Shown: positions 16,671 through 32,446 of the stretch, in pieces
How the letters are laid out: each line of letters starts with the position of its first letter
How positions within the stretch are numbered: position 1 is the stretch's first letter
NCBI GenBank assembly: GCA_964016885.1
Contig: OZ024743.1
Span: 61,690,001-61,754,000 of the forward strand
Origin: Eledone cirrhosa
Lineage: Eukaryota
DNA length: 64,000 nucleotides
Reading direction: 5' to 3'
The notes under the pieces: model-generated
The model's input: the letters and a program-made list of their open reading frames with translations, nothing else
Told to the model about the DNA's origin: nothing
Databases searched by the model: none
Translations under genes and position numbers: made by a program

Positions 16671-16890
16671 ATATTTTGGGAGGGTCATTTTGCCAATAAG
16701 TAACACACGCCCCAGTTGCTTTCACTCCAATTTATTACAAATTAAATTATAAATTTATAATAAATTGGAGTGAAAGCACCTGGTGCGTGTGTTTCTTATT
16801 GGCAACATATACCTCCCAAAGTATAACAATATCGGTTTCAACACACGTTTTCAGATAAAGAATTTTGCTAAACAAAAAAGTAAGAAACGA
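16666..16890 (+). mobile_element. Inverted 3'-end copy of the PLE family at 22971-26226
   Basis: Matches 26085-26226. The inverted arm starts at ttgttata, as at 7246 and 35299. Confidence 0.85.
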
Positions 16891-16905
16891 TATATATATA
16901 TATAT

Positions 16906-16942
<37 letters not shown>

Positions 16943-17544
16943 AAAATGGAACGGGAACAAAACAGAGAGGCAGTACGAACAAAGGTTTATTAGTTTCACG
17001 CTCTTGAGAGTAGGGGGGGGGGGGTGATATATATATATATATAATATATCGAGGTATTTTTTTTCAGATTTATTATAAAGTATTTAGATTTAACAATGTG
17101 TGTGTGTCTTTTTTTAATTTAAAGGAGAGAATGAGAAAATGTAGCAAATGTTTTTAGAACTGCAAACAATTTCTTTTATCAGAAGAGTTTGGCAAAATGT
17201 CAAGCTCTAATATAAATAGCTTTCTATTTATTTTTCTCGCTTTATTTCTAATCTAAGACATTGATGATGTTTTAACTTCAGACAAGAGAGGAATTCAAGA
17301 TAACTAGTGGCTGGAGATTTAGAAAAAAACAATTAGATAAGCTGTTAACTTCTTAAATTGGAGATTTGATTTTGGCACTAATTTTTCATGTCAAACGTTG
17401 ACGAAAGATAATTTGTTTAAAACATCATTCATCATCTATTTATTTTTTCTGTTGAATGTGAGTCTGTGCATATATATACATGTTGCATGTTAATCATTTT
17501 AGTATTATCTCCCTTTCTTTATATCTTTCCATACTTGTGTATGT

Positions 17545-17800
17545 GAAGGCGCTTTGCCTAGTAGTTTATGTGTTGAACTTAGTAGCATAATGCCGTGAGT
17601 TCGATTCGTTAACCAGGTGAAGTGTTGTATTCATAAACATAACACTTCATTTCACGCTGCTCCAGTACACTCAGCTGAAAATGTGTATATACAGTCGATG
17701 GGGATTAACCCTTCGATGAACTGGTGTCCTGTCCAGCGGGAGTCTTGGTCTCTCAGTCGCTTAACGTCGATGAAAAATAAAACCAAGAATAAGCACTGGA
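17545..17800 (+). mobile_element. Decayed tRNA-derived SINE
   Basis: A-box-like tgcctagtag and B-box gagttcgattc, followed by a SINE-like body (ccagtacactcagctg; aacccttcgatgaactggtgtcctgtccag). Confidence 0.55.
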
Positions 17801-18299
17801 CTAATGAAACTGACAGCTTGGGGCAGACATCGTCTTTTAACAGATATTAATGTGTATGTGTCTGTATATAAATGTTTAAATGTCTGTGTGTGTGAATATA
17901 ACGAATATTTGATATAGAAAAGGCTTCTACAGGAATATAACAGTCTCATTCGTTTCATACGAATGAGACAGTTCTAGTCCTATAGAAGCTTTATCTATAT
18001 TAAATCTTCGCTGTTCTCGCTCTACTTATGTATTGAGTACCTTATTTACTGTGGTTACTACCGATCTACTCGGGATCAACAATATATATATGTACATACA
18101 CACACACACGCGCACACGCACACACATACACACACACACACACATATATTTATATATATATATATACGTGTATATATATATATATTTTAAAGTTGAGACA
18201 GTAAACAGAAAACAAAAAAACAACGTGGAAGCGAAGAGGCAATACAAATGTTAATATTAGTTTCACGCTTGAGAGTGGGGGGTGGAGGATATATATATA

Positions 18300-18804
18300 T
18301 ATGGCGATCGCTTCATCTATGCAGATCCTTGCCGTCTCCCTATGCACCCCCATCAACCATTTGAGAGGATACAGTTGGCTTTTTATGTGATTTTAAATAA
18401 GCGATGTACCCAGATTTAGAGAGCAGCAAACGACCACACATCTCACAACTCCAGCTCCCTATGTTCTTATTGAAGTTGATACTGTGGCTTTTTCGAAGTT
18501 GAGCTTTAATTTTTTTACGATCAAGACATCTCTCTTTAAACATTCTGCAGTCTTCCTTCACATGTCCTCTCCATTTACCCCTCTTTAAAGCAAACACTTA
18601 TCAGTTCTGAACCTCAAACTGTAGATATTTAAGGTTGTTTTTTTATGCAATCCTTATATCTTTTTCTTGGTTTATGCCGGGGGCGTTTCCTAATGTGCAA
18701 TTGACTGTAAAATAGTTGTTTGGGGAGCCTTTCCTTATTCATACGCACAGCATACCCACCCAACGCATTTGAGAGGATATGATGGTAGATTCAATGCTCA
18801 TGCA

Positions 18805-18806
<2 letters not shown>
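18300..18806 (-). mobile_element. RTE (BovB-like) LINE 3' part
   Basis: SIESTIISSQMRWVG...RMNKERLPKQLFYSQL...CEMCGRLLLSKSGYIAYLKSH. Confidence 0.8.
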
Positions 18807-18850
<44 letters not shown>

Positions 18851-18853
<3 letters not shown>

Positions 18854-19272
18854 TAGTAACACAACAGTTAGTTCACCATACCGAGAACAATTGTTTCATC
18901 TTAGCGGATCCTCATCTCGTAATGGACATGGTTATGCGGAACAGGAAAGACAACCGTACGAATGCGCATGCGCAGAAGCCGGTCACTTCACACAGGCAAT
19001 ACTAACATGCGTGCGAGGGGTGTAAGGGAGATAACTGTGAAAGTCCGAAAAGTTTCTAGTTGATAAGAAAATTATGATGTAATTCAATCCGGAGCTTTGT
19101 AGTTATGCAAGAGGTGTTTTGAAACGTGTGGACAATATGTGAAGAATTCATTTCTCATGTTTAGGTAATCACTATTGCATAATCTCTTTAGAATATTTAT
19201 TCGTTATTCAATATATAGTCCACACGACGGATTTCCTCTTGCGTATGGCTTGGACTTAGTGATGGCTTTCCA

Positions 19273-19282
<10 letters not shown>
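18851..19282 (-). mobile_element. 3' end of another Hydra-type PLE with a decayed HHR (18882-18919)
   Basis: Minus strand reads IKWKAITKSKPYARGNPSCGLYIE...YLNMRNEF. HHR-like cgag-(A)TGAGGA...GAAA-caattg-TT-ctcg. Confidence 0.65.
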
Positions 19283-22257
<2,975 letters not shown>

Positions 22258-22261
<4 letters not shown>

Positions 22262-22970
22262 AATTAGTATATCTACCAACATATATATATACAGATGCAT
22301 ACCTATGCTAGCAAATATATAGGTTTTGTCTTAGTAACTTTGTGGTTCAATGCAAGGGATGCAGAACAATTATGTGAAAGACGTAAAATAAGAAAATTAT
22401 GAAAATTAACTTACTTACTAAAATTTCACTCCAACTAATTAGTTTCTGAAAGGGAATAAACGTGGTTTCCGAATGAAACATGGAGAATACCTTTCGTCAT
22501 CAGGAAGTCAATTCTCAGCTAAGTTCCCAGGCGATGCGTGGACACAAGGAACTTATACAAAAATAATTCAGTGGATGGAAAAAAAGCAAGCGAGGACTAA
22601 ATTCCAGGACATTGAAAAAATCACTGCCTACTTGGTCGGTGGCAAATTCAAAAGAATCAATCACGTGACATCGAGGTTAATCAGTGAGGAGTGGGGTGTT
22701 AATAAGACAGTAGCCTAACTATTACTATGAACCATAGTAGTAGTTTTGCCAAATTTTTGCTCAACAAAATAATTTGGAGATAATTATAAAGAATTAGTAT
22801 ATCTACCAACATATATACACAGATGCATACCTATGCTAGAAAATATATAGGATTTGTCTTAGTAACTTTGTGTTCAATAGAAGGGGATGCAGAACAATTA
22901 TATGAAAGATGTAAAATAAGAAAATTATAAAAATTAACTTTCTTACTATATAATTGTTCTGCATCCCCTG
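22258..22970 (-). mobile_element. Non-coding partial-tandem element (about 170-bp direct repeats, period about 530) with an HHR-like core
   Basis: 22258-22415 repeats at 22788-22945. Minus strand has CTGATGA-cgaa...ttcg-GAAAC near 22460-22505. 22948-22970 is an inverted piece of 22882-22902. Confidence 0.6.
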
Positions 22971-23775
22971 CAGACACAAACAACAATAACAACACACAAC
23001 AATAATAACACACACGGAGACAACAACAACAACACACATCAACAACAGCACACATCAACAACAACAACACACACACATTTAATGCCTCTCACCACCACCA
23101 CAATCTTAACAAACACACAGACACAGAAAACAAGTAATGACAGTAGCACAGAAATCACAGAAATAAGGGAAAGTAATAGGATTTAAAAAAGGAGAGGGGA
23201 GACTATGGCCAAAGAAAATAACCAAGACGAACACACAGACACACAAAATAGAGTAGATAATAACAATGAGCCAGTGGAAAGAGACAGGAGTAATAATGAG
23301 AGACATAGAAACAACCATGAGGCTGTTGGTGGAAATAGAAATAGAAACAACACAACTAACAATAACAATAGCACTAGTACACATAAAGCAGCAGCCTGGA
23401 ACTCTACTTTTTATAATCCCTCCGATAAGTCGTTCGATCTGCGACGAGTCCACGCCACGACTTTACCATTTAACAAACGCACGCAATTGCCGTCGCAGGT
23501 CGATGAACAAACAGAAGCACAATTTAGTATAGCTAGATCCGAACTAAGAAATATTATAGAGCAGTATAACAAGAAGCATAATAGAATGGAGGCCTAGCAA
23601 CTGGGAGAAAAATCTGCAAATGGCTTGCGTAAGCTCATGCAGCGCTCGCGTAATGGAGAGATAGCATGCTTTCCAACAGACAAGTCTGGCAGAATGTCGG
23701 TTGACAGCCTGCCAAACTATATCCAGGCAATGCAACCCCACATCACTAACACAGGAGAGGTAACACCACAGGAGC

Positions 23776-25263
23776 ATGAGGATAGAGAAAAAGCCCCTCA
23801 ATGCCCATATGGTGATGTGGACGAATATAATGCAGCCCAACAAAAGGACTGCCAACAACTTCCAGGCCTGGAACAATGACGTGCCGGCGTTGTATGGGCT
23901 TCGAAAAGACGATAAAACGGGCAGTGACCCTGTCACGGGACCACCAACACGGCCAGTTTGTGGAGCTAACATTGCTAGTAACTACAGACTGTCCTACTTC
24001 CTCTCCCTGATCATACGCCCCATCATTGAAATGTCCCCAGATGTATGTGACAGCACGGAGGACCTCCTCAGCAGAATCGGCGAGAGTAACCGATCTAGGG
24101 ACCTAGCAAACTGCATAATAGGTAGTATGGATGTTGTGTCCCTGTATCCATCTATTGATGTGGATTTTGCTGTGGAGAAATGCGTAGAAATGATCAGTGA
24201 GAGCTATGTTGAGTTCCGTGGGATTGATACCAGTGAGCTGGGACTCCTACTTAAACTTACCTATAGTAATAATTACCTAGACACATATGACCTTAGCAAC
24301 CTGTGCCCTACAAGACCAGCAAGAGGCAGACCACCTACCATTACCTCAATGGCCAAGAAAACCCACACAGATAGATGGAACGGGTGGACCAGAGCCATAC
24401 GGACACCCGAAAACCACGATGAACTGAAGAAAATGATTGCACATGCGGTAGGGGCCAGCATAAAACTAACCCTTAAGGAACATATGTTCAAATTTAATGG
24501 AAAAATATATGCCCAAGAGGAAGGAGCAGCCATTGGTGTTAGCATTACAGGCGACATAGCTAACTTATTCATGGTATGGTGGGACAGTAGACTTAAACTT
24601 AAACTTAAAGAACAATTAGAAGACCCCTTAACCCTGATAATGTACTCCCGCTACGTTGATGATATAAACATCGTACTTAAGACATCCCTACTAGAGAACA
24701 GTCAGGAACTAGAGAAAAACACAATGGAAAGCATCCAGCAAATAGCTAACTCCATCCACCAGAGTATTAGAGTTACTATAGAATACCCAAGTAAACACCC
24801 CAACCATCGATTACCTGTACTAGACACAGAGCTCTGGTTAGATACCATTAATAACAAAAAACAAATCCTCCATTCCCATTATGCCAAACCCATGACTTCC
24901 AAACATCTGATCCACCGAAACTCAGCTGTTTCGGACCATACCAAAATCAACATACTGATTGCGGATTTGGTACGGGTGGTTATAAACGTGTCCCGCATGT
25001 GCAACACCGAAGAACTAGAGAGACACATACAACACTTCATCCACCGTATGCAGTTCTCTGGTTACAATCAGAGAGATAAAATCAGAGTGTATAGAGGAGC
25101 CAGAACCAAATGGGAAAAAATGGTAAATAATGACGCAAATGGGACCTGCCCCTTGTATAGGAGCAACTTTTGGAATAGAATAGAAAGAACTAGAAATAAG
25201 GTTAATAGAATAAACTCATGGTATGATAGCAATAAATGTAATGTTCATCGATACAATCCCTAG
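23776..25263 (+). pseudogene. PLE reverse transcriptase core (largest open segment)
   Basis: 495-aa ORF with RT motifs. Flanking N-terminal and endonuclease segments are in other frames (23205-23597, 23625-, 25456-25773). Confidence 0.85.
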
Positions 25264-25973
25264 AGGTGAATTAGCTTACAAATTTAGAAGGGCCCTAGAT
25301 AAACATAAACTCAATATTAAGATAATAGAAAGTCCAGGTACCTCCGTAAAACACTTATTAGCAAGACATACCCTTTTCAAACACCCCCCTGTATAGATAA
25401 GAAATGTATAACCTGTAAAATAAGCCCCCATATTAACTGTAAAACTAGAAATGTAGTGTATAGCATAAGATGTACTGAAGGACAATGTAGAGACAAAAAT
25501 ATAGTGTACATAGGTGAGACAGCTCGTAGTGTAGGGGAACGGATAAATGAACACTGGCGAGACCTTCAAGATAGTAAAGAATCATTTGTACTCTACCAAC
25601 ATGCTAAAATAGAACATAAGGGTAAATTAGAGAACATAGAAATAAAAATAGAATCTACACACAGAAAAGGCGCAATGTTTAGACAAATCACAGAGGCAAT
25701 AAACATAAAAGAATTACAACCAAAATTAAATAGAAAATATGAGTGGAACAGCAACATCACAACTTACAATTAAGGACAAAATGAAAACACACACGCACAT
25801 AGAACAAACAACCAACCGGTAACATGTAAATAAACAATTAAATAAACGAATATAAACACACACAGACACCCGGATGTGGCGCATGCGCAGACTGAGCACA
25901 CAACACACACACAGAAACAAAATGGCGTAGGACAGAAAAAAGGAGAGGCGCAAAAACAAAGAAAAGAATCCCA

Positions 25974-26016
25974 GTCACTGAAGAGGTCACAGAATGTGTG
26001 ACGAAAGAACTTTGAC
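25974..26016 (+). ncRNA. Minimal type I hammerhead; copies at 35548-35590 (+) and 35447-35488 (-)
   Basis: gtca-CTGAAGA-ggtcaca-gaatg-tgtgac-GAAA-gaac-T(T/A)-tgac. Confidence 0.8.
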
Positions 26017-26224
26017 AATATATAAACCACTATCTGGTTGTGGAACTAACCAACCAACCAGAAATTTATAAATTCCTAAATTTATAAATTTATTATAATA
26101 AATTGAAGTGAAAGCAACTGGTGCGTGTGTTTCTTATTGGCAACATGACCCTCCCAAAGTATAACAATATCGGTTTCAACACACGTTTTCAGATAAAGAA
26201 TCTTGCTAAACAAATTCAGAAACG

Positions 26225-26314
<90 letters not shown>

Positions 26315-26337
26315 TTATATATATATATATATATATA

Positions 26338-27310
26338 CAAATGTAGGGAGCCGATGTATCACCCTGGAGCACTCCAGCCATTATCTCAAAGAACTCTGTC
26401 ATCCCATCAGGTGTAGTGTCTTGGGCTTTGGTGTTGGTGTAGAACAGTGATATCAGGTCCACTTTCTTGTGGATTCCATAAGCCTGTAAGATCTTCATCA
26501 AGCAGTGACGGTCGACAGAATCACAGGCCTTCCTAAAGTAAATGAAAACCATGACCGCAGGAAGGCACTTTGCTCTAGCTCTCTCTAATATACACGTCAG
26601 CATCAAGATGTGACTGGTGGTTGATCTTCCCTCTCTGAAGCAGTTCTGGTTGTCCCTGAGCTTATTCTCCATCTCGGGCTGGATCCTGTTAAGAATAATC
26701 CTGTTGAGGGTCTTGCCGCCCCCCGCCCCCCTTGTAGTTGTTGGTGTTAGAGAGATCTCCCTTTTTTAGCACTGGGACGATGTTACTGATCTTCCACTGA
26801 TTCGGGCAACTCTTTCTCCAGTGCCTGGTTACGGAACTCCAGGATGATATCATCAAAATCACACCTCTTCATCACCTCTGATGCCACTCCATCTTCTCCA
26901 TGAGCCTTGCCCCCATTGTTCTTCTACTTGGCTCTGTGAAGCTCCTCTCTGGTGAAGGGCCCTGTCTCAATATCCAGTTCCTCAAACAGCCGCATGATCT
27001 CCCCAGGATGAAGAACTCAGCTGTACAGGAGCCTCCAAAAAGTCAGCTAGTGACACAGAGGAGACTGAGGTAGGCTGGACATGCTCACCGACATCCAGAG
27101 TTGACACTACACTCAGTGCTCCTGTGGGAGCCCCTGCAAGGACACAATTGAAGAGGAGGACCGAGATTAACATATGTTGATGCCATAAGGACAGACACTG
27201 GTCCCTTGAGGACGGAGGACATGGCACCGAGAATGAGGGACAGAGACCGCTGGAGAGAACTCGTCCATGAATCTCGGAAATTTTACCCACCCTAGATAGA
27301 TAGATAGATA
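26338..27310 (+). mobile_element. RTE-clade LINE with an inverted 5' segment
   Basis: ~27020-27310 (+) reads [13 protein letters not shown]...LLWEP...PRLTYVD...[10 protein letters not shown] followed by (TAGA)n. 26338-~27010 (-) is RT: [10 protein letters not shown]...[12 protein letters not shown]. Confidence 0.85.
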
Positions 27311-27560
27311 TACATATATATATATATATATATACATGTATATGCGTATATATATATATACACACATATATATATATAGACACACATATATATATATACA
27401 CATATATATATACATATATATATACATATATATATATACATATATATACACATATATCTACATATATATACACATATATATAAATATATACACATATATA
27501 TACACACACATATATATATAAATATACATATATATATACATATATATATACATATATATA

Positions 27561-27599
<39 letters not shown>

Positions 27600-27604
27600 A
27601 TATC

Positions 27605-27668
<64 letters not shown>

Positions 27669-28276
27669 ATATAGGTAAGTTATTCCGGGTTGAATCGGAG
27701 GTAACCACAGGAAGTAAGGTACTCAATACATAGCAGAGTATAAAAGTGTTAATATAGATGAGATTCTACAGGACTAGAACTGTTTCATTCTTTAGAAATC
27801 ATCAGGAAGCTGGGTTTCCAAAAATAAGTGTTGTGGTATTTATATCTTTTGTGGTGGTAAGAGAGGGTGGGTAGTGGGATGGGTGGAGGTCATTGGTTGA
27901 AAGAAAAGGGAATTCGTTAGAAGCTAAATCATTAAGGCTATAATTTATATTTAGAGTGACAAAGGCAGAGAGAATTCTATAAACAACTTCAGATTGGGGA
28001 GCCACTCCTTATTTTTAAGTTTCTCTTAGGCTAACGATGCCTATATTTCAGGTGTCTATAAGTTTTCATGGTTGATGGATTTAAAGAAAAGGGAAATAAG
28101 TTGTCATGGTTGATGGATTTAAAGAAAAGGGAAATCCTTTAAAAGCTAATTCTTTAAAACTCTACTTAGAGTGACAAGGGCCAAGAGAATTCTATAAACC
28201 AGTTCAAAATATTGGGTGCCTATCATATCATTGTTGTCATGTTTCTCTTAAGCTATATTCTAGGTTTCAACAGACA

Positions 28277-28972
<696 letters not shown>

Positions 28973-29065
28973 TATATATATATATATATATACATACATA
29001 TATATATATACACATACACATACATATATATATATATATATACACACATACACATATATACATAC

Positions 29066-29100
<35 letters not shown>

Positions 29101-29147
29101 CATACAAATACACATATATATACATACATATACACACACACACACAC

Positions 29148-29214
<67 letters not shown>

Positions 29215-29243
29215 CATATATATATATATATATATACATATAT

Positions 29244-29278
<35 letters not shown>

Positions 29279-29282
<4 letters not shown>

Positions 29283-29469
29283 AGTAAGTAAGACCCCGAA
29301 GGCTGAGCTAAAGCCGTTTCGACGGCTAATTCTGTACAGAATTAGCCTTCGAAACGGCTTGAGCTCAGCCGTCGGGGTCTTACTTACTCCTATTACCCAC
29401 TCTACTACCCTAAGTATTGAGTACTTTGGTGCATTATGGTCCACCTGGTTCCTTACCACTTTTCCCTCG

Positions 29470-29470
<1 letters not shown>
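29279..29470 (+). mobile_element. Short palindromic insertion plus a 78-bp tail
   Basis: 29279-29392 is a near-perfect palindrome centred on ctgtacag. Related pieces occur at 9363-9416 and 46110-46170. Confidence 0.75.
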
Positions 29471-29537
<67 letters not shown>

Positions 29538-29539
<2 letters not shown>

Positions 29540-30097
29540 TGGCTGCCAACTCGTTTTCGAGTACGGCCACTACTTTATATCCATGTAGGAGAACCCCTAC
29601 CGATGCGCTGAACGGGTGTGACTTTTTAGTCCAGCCAGCGACTTGAAAACTCTGGTACAAACACTACACTTGTGACAATTATTGGCACATAGTGCTGGGC
29701 CCATGGTACCATGTGACGACAAGTGCAGAGAGATCTCCAGATATAAAGCAATGCCTGTGCCTTGAAGCTTTTATAGTGAGCAAAGGCACTGCACAAAGCC
29801 AGTCCCACTCTCTTAACCAAGATGATATTTACCAAAAAGAACAAGTCAACATCATTGGATACCATCAGGGTTGCAGGTGTTATATCAGAGTTTTCCTTCT
29901 CCTAGAATTTTGCCTTGACAAAGGCTAAGGGATCATCTCTCCCGGTAATTTTGGATGGCTATTGACTCTTAAGAGCCCCTTTGCCTTTTGACAGGTTTTG
30001 TTTTTAGTCCTGCAGGATGTCCAAAGCCACCCTCCTCACCAAGAAACCTTGGTGGGGTTGCCAGTTTAGTCGCCAACGACCCGACCATGAGACAGGT

Positions 30098-30100
<3 letters not shown>
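29538..30100 (-). mobile_element. Probable RTE 5' UTR / ORF start fragment
   Basis: ggcgactaaactggcaacc and ttttccttctcctag motifs resemble RTE 5' ends (from recall). A related decayed copy lies at 46180-46490. Confidence 0.45.
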
Positions 30101-30151
<51 letters not shown>

Positions 30152-30156
30152 CATAT

Positions 30157-30197
<41 letters not shown>

Positions 30198-30759
30198 TAT
30201 ATATATACACACATATATATACACACAAATATATATATATATACATATATATACACACACAGGAGTTCGTTTCGTAAACAATTTATACTGGGTTCAGTAC
30301 CGCACGGCTCCTTGGCCGAGTGTCTTTATTTTAGTTGAGATCAACATGACTTTAATTCAAACCTTACATAATTCTATTTTGCCTCGTGTATTCCTTCTTT
30401 TTATATGACCGAAGAGTGTGTTTTGAAGGAAGTTTTGCTTTTATTTCTCTCTAGTCGATCGACCACGCATAGCCTTGTCGCTGGCCTAAATATACTATAG
30501 TTATATGTATGTATATGTTTACTTCTCTGAATGTTAGTGTATATAGAGGTGTGTTGGATTGGGATAAAGGTGTGGTGACATGCAATACTGAAAGAAAGTG
30601 CTTGCAGTTTGAATCTCTGGTACACACCAAGAACGGAAATACCAAATGTTATTATTTTACATTTTTTATTACAAGGATACCAATTAAATTGATAGCCTTG
30701 TACTGACAAAAGGATTGCTAATATACTATTATCTATGTAGGCTCTTTGTTAGAGAGTGT

Positions 30760-31395
30760 GTATACACTCTCATTCACAAACTCCTATTCACAAACTCTTA
30801 CTCACACATTTTCACTCACACACTCTCATTCACACATCCTCACTCACACACTCTCATTCACACACTTTCACTCACACACTTTCACTCACACATTTTCATT
30901 CACACATTTTCACTCACAGACTCTCACTCACACACTCTCACTCACACACTCTCATTCATACACTTTCACTCACACACTTTCACTCACGCACTTTCACTCA
31001 TAGATTTTCACTCACAGACTCTCACTCACACACTCTCTCTCACACACATTCTCACTCACACGCACTCTCACTGACGCGCGCTCACACGCGCACACGCTCT
31101 CACTCATACTCGCTCTGACTCACATGCACTCTCACTCACACGCACTCTCACTCACAGACACTCTCCTCACACACTCTCAGTCACACATACTCTCACTCGC
31201 GTGTACTCACACTCGCTCACACTCTCCCACGCGCATATTTACACTCTCACTCACGTGTAGTCCCACATTCACACACTGAAACACGCATTTAAGCACACAT
31301 CCTCTCTCACTCACGCCCACACAGTCACATTCACACTCTCAACCACACTAACACTCTCAGTCACACTCACTCCCTTACTCACACTGACTCACATA
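30760..31395. repeat. Degenerate minisatellite with a unit of about 14 bp (cactcacacactyt)
   Basis: Directly visible. Confidence 0.9.
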
Positions 31396-31990
31396 CAAAC
31401 GAGTGTGTTCACTTTTATAAATGTGTGAAAGAGAACGCTATAAGAAATATGTATATTTTTTACTAGATAAGGTCAATACTCCATCTGAGATGTACCTTGT
31501 TGTGTTAGATACTAAGGAAAGTGTGTGGGGGAGGGGATATCTGTAGATAAAAGGCCAAAGAAAGCAATGCTCAATTTATTACAAGAGATTATTTACTAAA
31601 TTTAAAATTTCATACTTAACATATATACGCGATGGGGGGGGGGGGTGAACGGTGGGTTTGGAATAAGCGGGCGAGGTGTTGGAAAATCGGTAATCTTCCT
31701 AGGTTGTCTCCGTTGATTTTTTAAGAACCAGAATTGAATTAGTCATTTAGTTTATTTTGTTATGTATGTTTTTAATGTATGAAAAAAATTAATTGTTTCA
31801 AAAATTTCGCCGGAGATACATTAGCAAAATTTGATAAGCGGGAGGTTGGAGAGAATCTGAAAAATTGATAACACGTGGGGAAGGGGGGCTTATTCGAGAT
31901 ACCAGAGTACTTCCTGTTTTAGTTAATAAAGTTATCAACTTTGTATTTTTCACATTTCGAAATAGAAGCTTGCTCTTTCGTGATATAGTT

Positions 31991-32446
31991 AACTAGACCT
32001 GAAAAATGCGCAAGCTCAAAAGATCCACAGAATGTTATAATAAACCTTCAAAAGTGTGGGACTAGAGTTGTTGCTCAAAAATATTGTAATCATTATCTAT
32101 CGTACACTCTGTGGCATCCTTTTATAAAAAAAAGAGACTCACAACGAACTCAAGAAGACACGATAATTATTTAAGCTAATGTACAATATCTCATATTAGA
32201 TGTTTAGTAATGATTAATACAAAATGCACTTAAACCGAATTCTGTATTATAAATTCACTTACATAATTATCGTGTCGTCTTGAGTTCGTTATGAGTCTCT
32301 TTTTTTTTTTATAAAAGGATGCCACAGAGTGTACGATAGATGATGATTACAATATTTTTGAGCAACAACTCTAGTCCCACACTTTTGAAGGTTTATTATA
32401 ACATTCTGTTGCTCTTTTGATCTTGCGCATCTTTCAGGTCTAGTTT
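31991..32446. mobile_element. MITE-like foldback element (about 180-bp inverted arms, about 90-bp spacer)
   Basis: aactagacctgaaa...cacgataattat versus ataattatcgtg...tttcaggtctagtt. Possible TTA duplication. Not in a TA tract and no HHR seen. Confidence 0.75.

Larger units (their letters stand above)
22971..26226 (+). mobile_element. Second PLE lineage (RT plus C-terminal CCHH-type GIY-YIG), frameshifted
   Basis: PTDKSG, GPPTRPVCGA, SMDVVSLYPSI, QEEGAAIG, RYVDDI and LPVLD, then VYSIRC..C..VYIGETARS..ERINEH...LYQHAKIEH. 3' pLTR contains an HHR. Confidence 0.9.

Noticed and set aside
30058-30102. HDV-like ribozyme at a putative RTE 5' end
   Set aside because: The 5' strands of P1 and P2 are absent (truncated at TA) and L3 lacks a clear CC, so the fold cannot be supported.
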